DNA of 9,357 nucleotides from Octopus sinensis (lineage: Eukaryota), in NCBI RefSeq assembly GCF_006345805.1, contig NW_021827969.1:1-9357 (forward strand). The letters are read 5' to 3'. Of the stretch, positions 7,929-9,357 are shown piece by piece. Within the stretch, counting starts at the first letter, position 1. Every line of letters starts with the position of its first letter. Made by a program: the position numbers and the translations under genes. Under the pieces are notes generated by a model, which was given only the letters and a program-made list of their open reading frames with translations, was not told the DNA's origin and searched no databases.

Positions 7929-8947
7929 CAAAAAATTTATAACTATCCTGCCTATCAGGCACGGGGGTCTCGGATTCCAAGCCCCCTCGGTCCTCTCCTT
8001 GCCATGCTTTCTTTCTTCCTCTCACCGATGCATGCCTCTCGTAGTCCAGATCCTTCCTCCTCCCTCTGGATCGCTCACGGACTCAGAGCTTTCATACGGC
8101 ACATCGTGTGGACAGATTGCGGACTAAAAACTCCCGTTGACCTATGCCTTATGCGCAAGTGGACGGAGATCAGCAGCTCTCAGTCTTTCCGGTACTTACT
8201 GTCTCACGGAGACCAACACCGGCGTGCTTGTCTGTTGTCCGGAGCATCTCCACGGACTGGCGCCTGGATCAACGCCTATCCTTCCCCTGCAGCTGGAACC
8301 TTCCTGGACCCAGACTGTTTAAGAATCGGAATATCTCTCCGACTCGGCTTGGACATTTGCCAGCCTCACCAATGCCGTTGCGGGGCTCATATAGACCGCA
8401 AAGGTCTACACCCGCTCTCCTGCCGCAAATGCCCTGGGAGGTTCCCCAGGCACGGACAGCTTAATTCCATAATAAAGCGTCTGCTTGAGGCAACCGGCAT
8501 CCCGTGCCAGCTGGAGCCCTCTGGCCTTAACAGGGGCGATGGCAAGAGGCCGGACGGCGTCTCGCTCTTCCCGTTCAAGTGCGGCAAAGCGATCGTCTGG
8601 GACGCGACATGCTCTGACACTTTTGCGTCAACATGTCTTCTCGCGTCCGCGATCGAAGCTGGCACAGCGGCGAGGAGAGCAGAGACCCGGAAGAAAGACA
8701 AGTACGCCTCGTTCGCCGACAGATTCCTCTTTGTGCCTGTTTCAGTCGAAACATCAGGCACATTCGGCCCAGCCACGCTACGTTTTCTCACCGAAAGAGG
8801 CCGTCACCTCGGGAGGATTAGAAACGACCCCCGCGAGGTCAATCGGCTTTTTGAGCGCGTCTCAATAGCCGTACTCAGGGGGAACAGTTTCTCTATTCTC
8901 TCTGCGGCTAGTAGCTGACTTCCTGTTCCATTTTCTTTTCTATTTTA
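7929..8947 (+). mobile_element. 5'-truncated CRE-like non-LTR retrotransposon, copy D (RT thumb, CCHC, RLE)
   Basis: LPIRHGGLG (frame of ORF 7918-8127) shifts near 8106 into the frame of ORF 7881-8918. That frame has CRCG..D..GLH...C, RH, KRPDG, VWDATC, ETRKKDKY and RGNS...*. T-rich 3' UTR, no poly(A), candidate 7-bp TSD GATCAAT (7922-7928 and 8948-8954). Confidence 0.9.
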
Positions 8948-8948
8948 G

Positions 8949-9357
8949 ATCAATGTTTGCAGTATTCTATGGGGTCTGAGAAAACAAGTAATCGACAAAT
9001 ATATAGGTGTCCACGATGTGGCCGAAGAACTTCGTTTCAGGATAAAACAGCACACTGAGCTCACAACCTTAGTAGGAATACCCTACAATTCAATGTTGGC
9101 CAAATTATGCATGAAATAAATAAGCCGAACCGGCAATAAATTTTGAACAAGTCAAACATTTTCTCAATTGGAGAATTCATTACTGAAATGCCAGTTTTTA
9201 AAGTTCCTGGAATAGGAAAAGTGACGACATTCTTTCTCAATCGGACTATCCAGTTGGAATTTGGACTCGTGAGGATATTCTTAGTCAAAGAGAACTATTG
9301 ACTTGTTTATTCGGGTCCGTAAAGTTTGTGGAATATTTTTTATGTGCGGGTACTGCC
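8949..9357 (+). pseudogene. POLK: DNA polymerase kappa (Y-family, DinB) fragment, frameshifted; continues past the window
   Basis: Three frames read GVHDVAEELRFRIKQHTELTTLVGIPYNSMLAKLC / EINKPNRQ*ILNKSNIFSIGEFITEMPVFKVPGIGKVT / GIWTREDILSQRELLTCLFGS. These are collinear with recalled Pol kappa [41 protein letters not shown]...LPIRKVSGIGKVT...GIITCTELYQQRALLSLLFS. Frameshifts near 9111 and 9255, TAA at 9137-9139. Homology for 8949-9005 is uncertain. Confidence 0.82.

Noticed and set aside
7881-8105. N-terminal roughly 75 aa of ORF 7881-8918 as real protein; GCGAGCGCAGCGAACG as a Helitron/MITE mark
   Set aside because: True homology (LPIRHGGLG) is in another frame until about 8106, and the ATG lies outside the insertion. 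The short GC motif has no supporting termini.
183-9139. Alternative genetic code (TAA as sense), suggested by in-frame TAA at 183 and 9137
   Set aside because: There are only two cases, both in degraded sequence, while TAA terminates CRE copies A and C and the RTE ORF at their expected ends.
8137-9288. Overlapping ORFs 8137-8322, 8144-8464, 8387-8791, 8485-8868, 8575-8763, 8633-8821 and 9061-9288
   Set aside because: These are frame or antisense shadows of copy D and of the polk remnant.

Overview
AT-rich eukaryotic DNA that is mostly a stack of nested, decayed transposons; no prokaryotic features, RNA genes or CRISPR. A decayed minus-strand hAT (Buster/Charlie-like) element (transposase remnant 617-769, probable terminus at 5809) appears to host four retroposed copies and a DNA transposon. 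The retroposed copies are two short CRE-like RT/RLE 3' fragments, a 1.95-kb 5'-truncated CRE-like copy with an 11-bp TSD and poly(A), and a 5'-truncated RTE tail. The DNA transposon is a full-span Tc1 element with about 345-bp IR/DR TIRs. A fourth CRE-like copy lies at 7929-8947. Two host-gene signals are invisible in the ORF track. One is a frameshifted DNA polymerase kappa (DinB) remnant at the right end, with a possible N-terminal piece at the left end. The other is a minus-strand unknown gene (5810-6724) whose broken frames join cleanly if four 23-25-nt GT-AG introns are removed. All protein family calls come from motif recognition by eye, not database searches.
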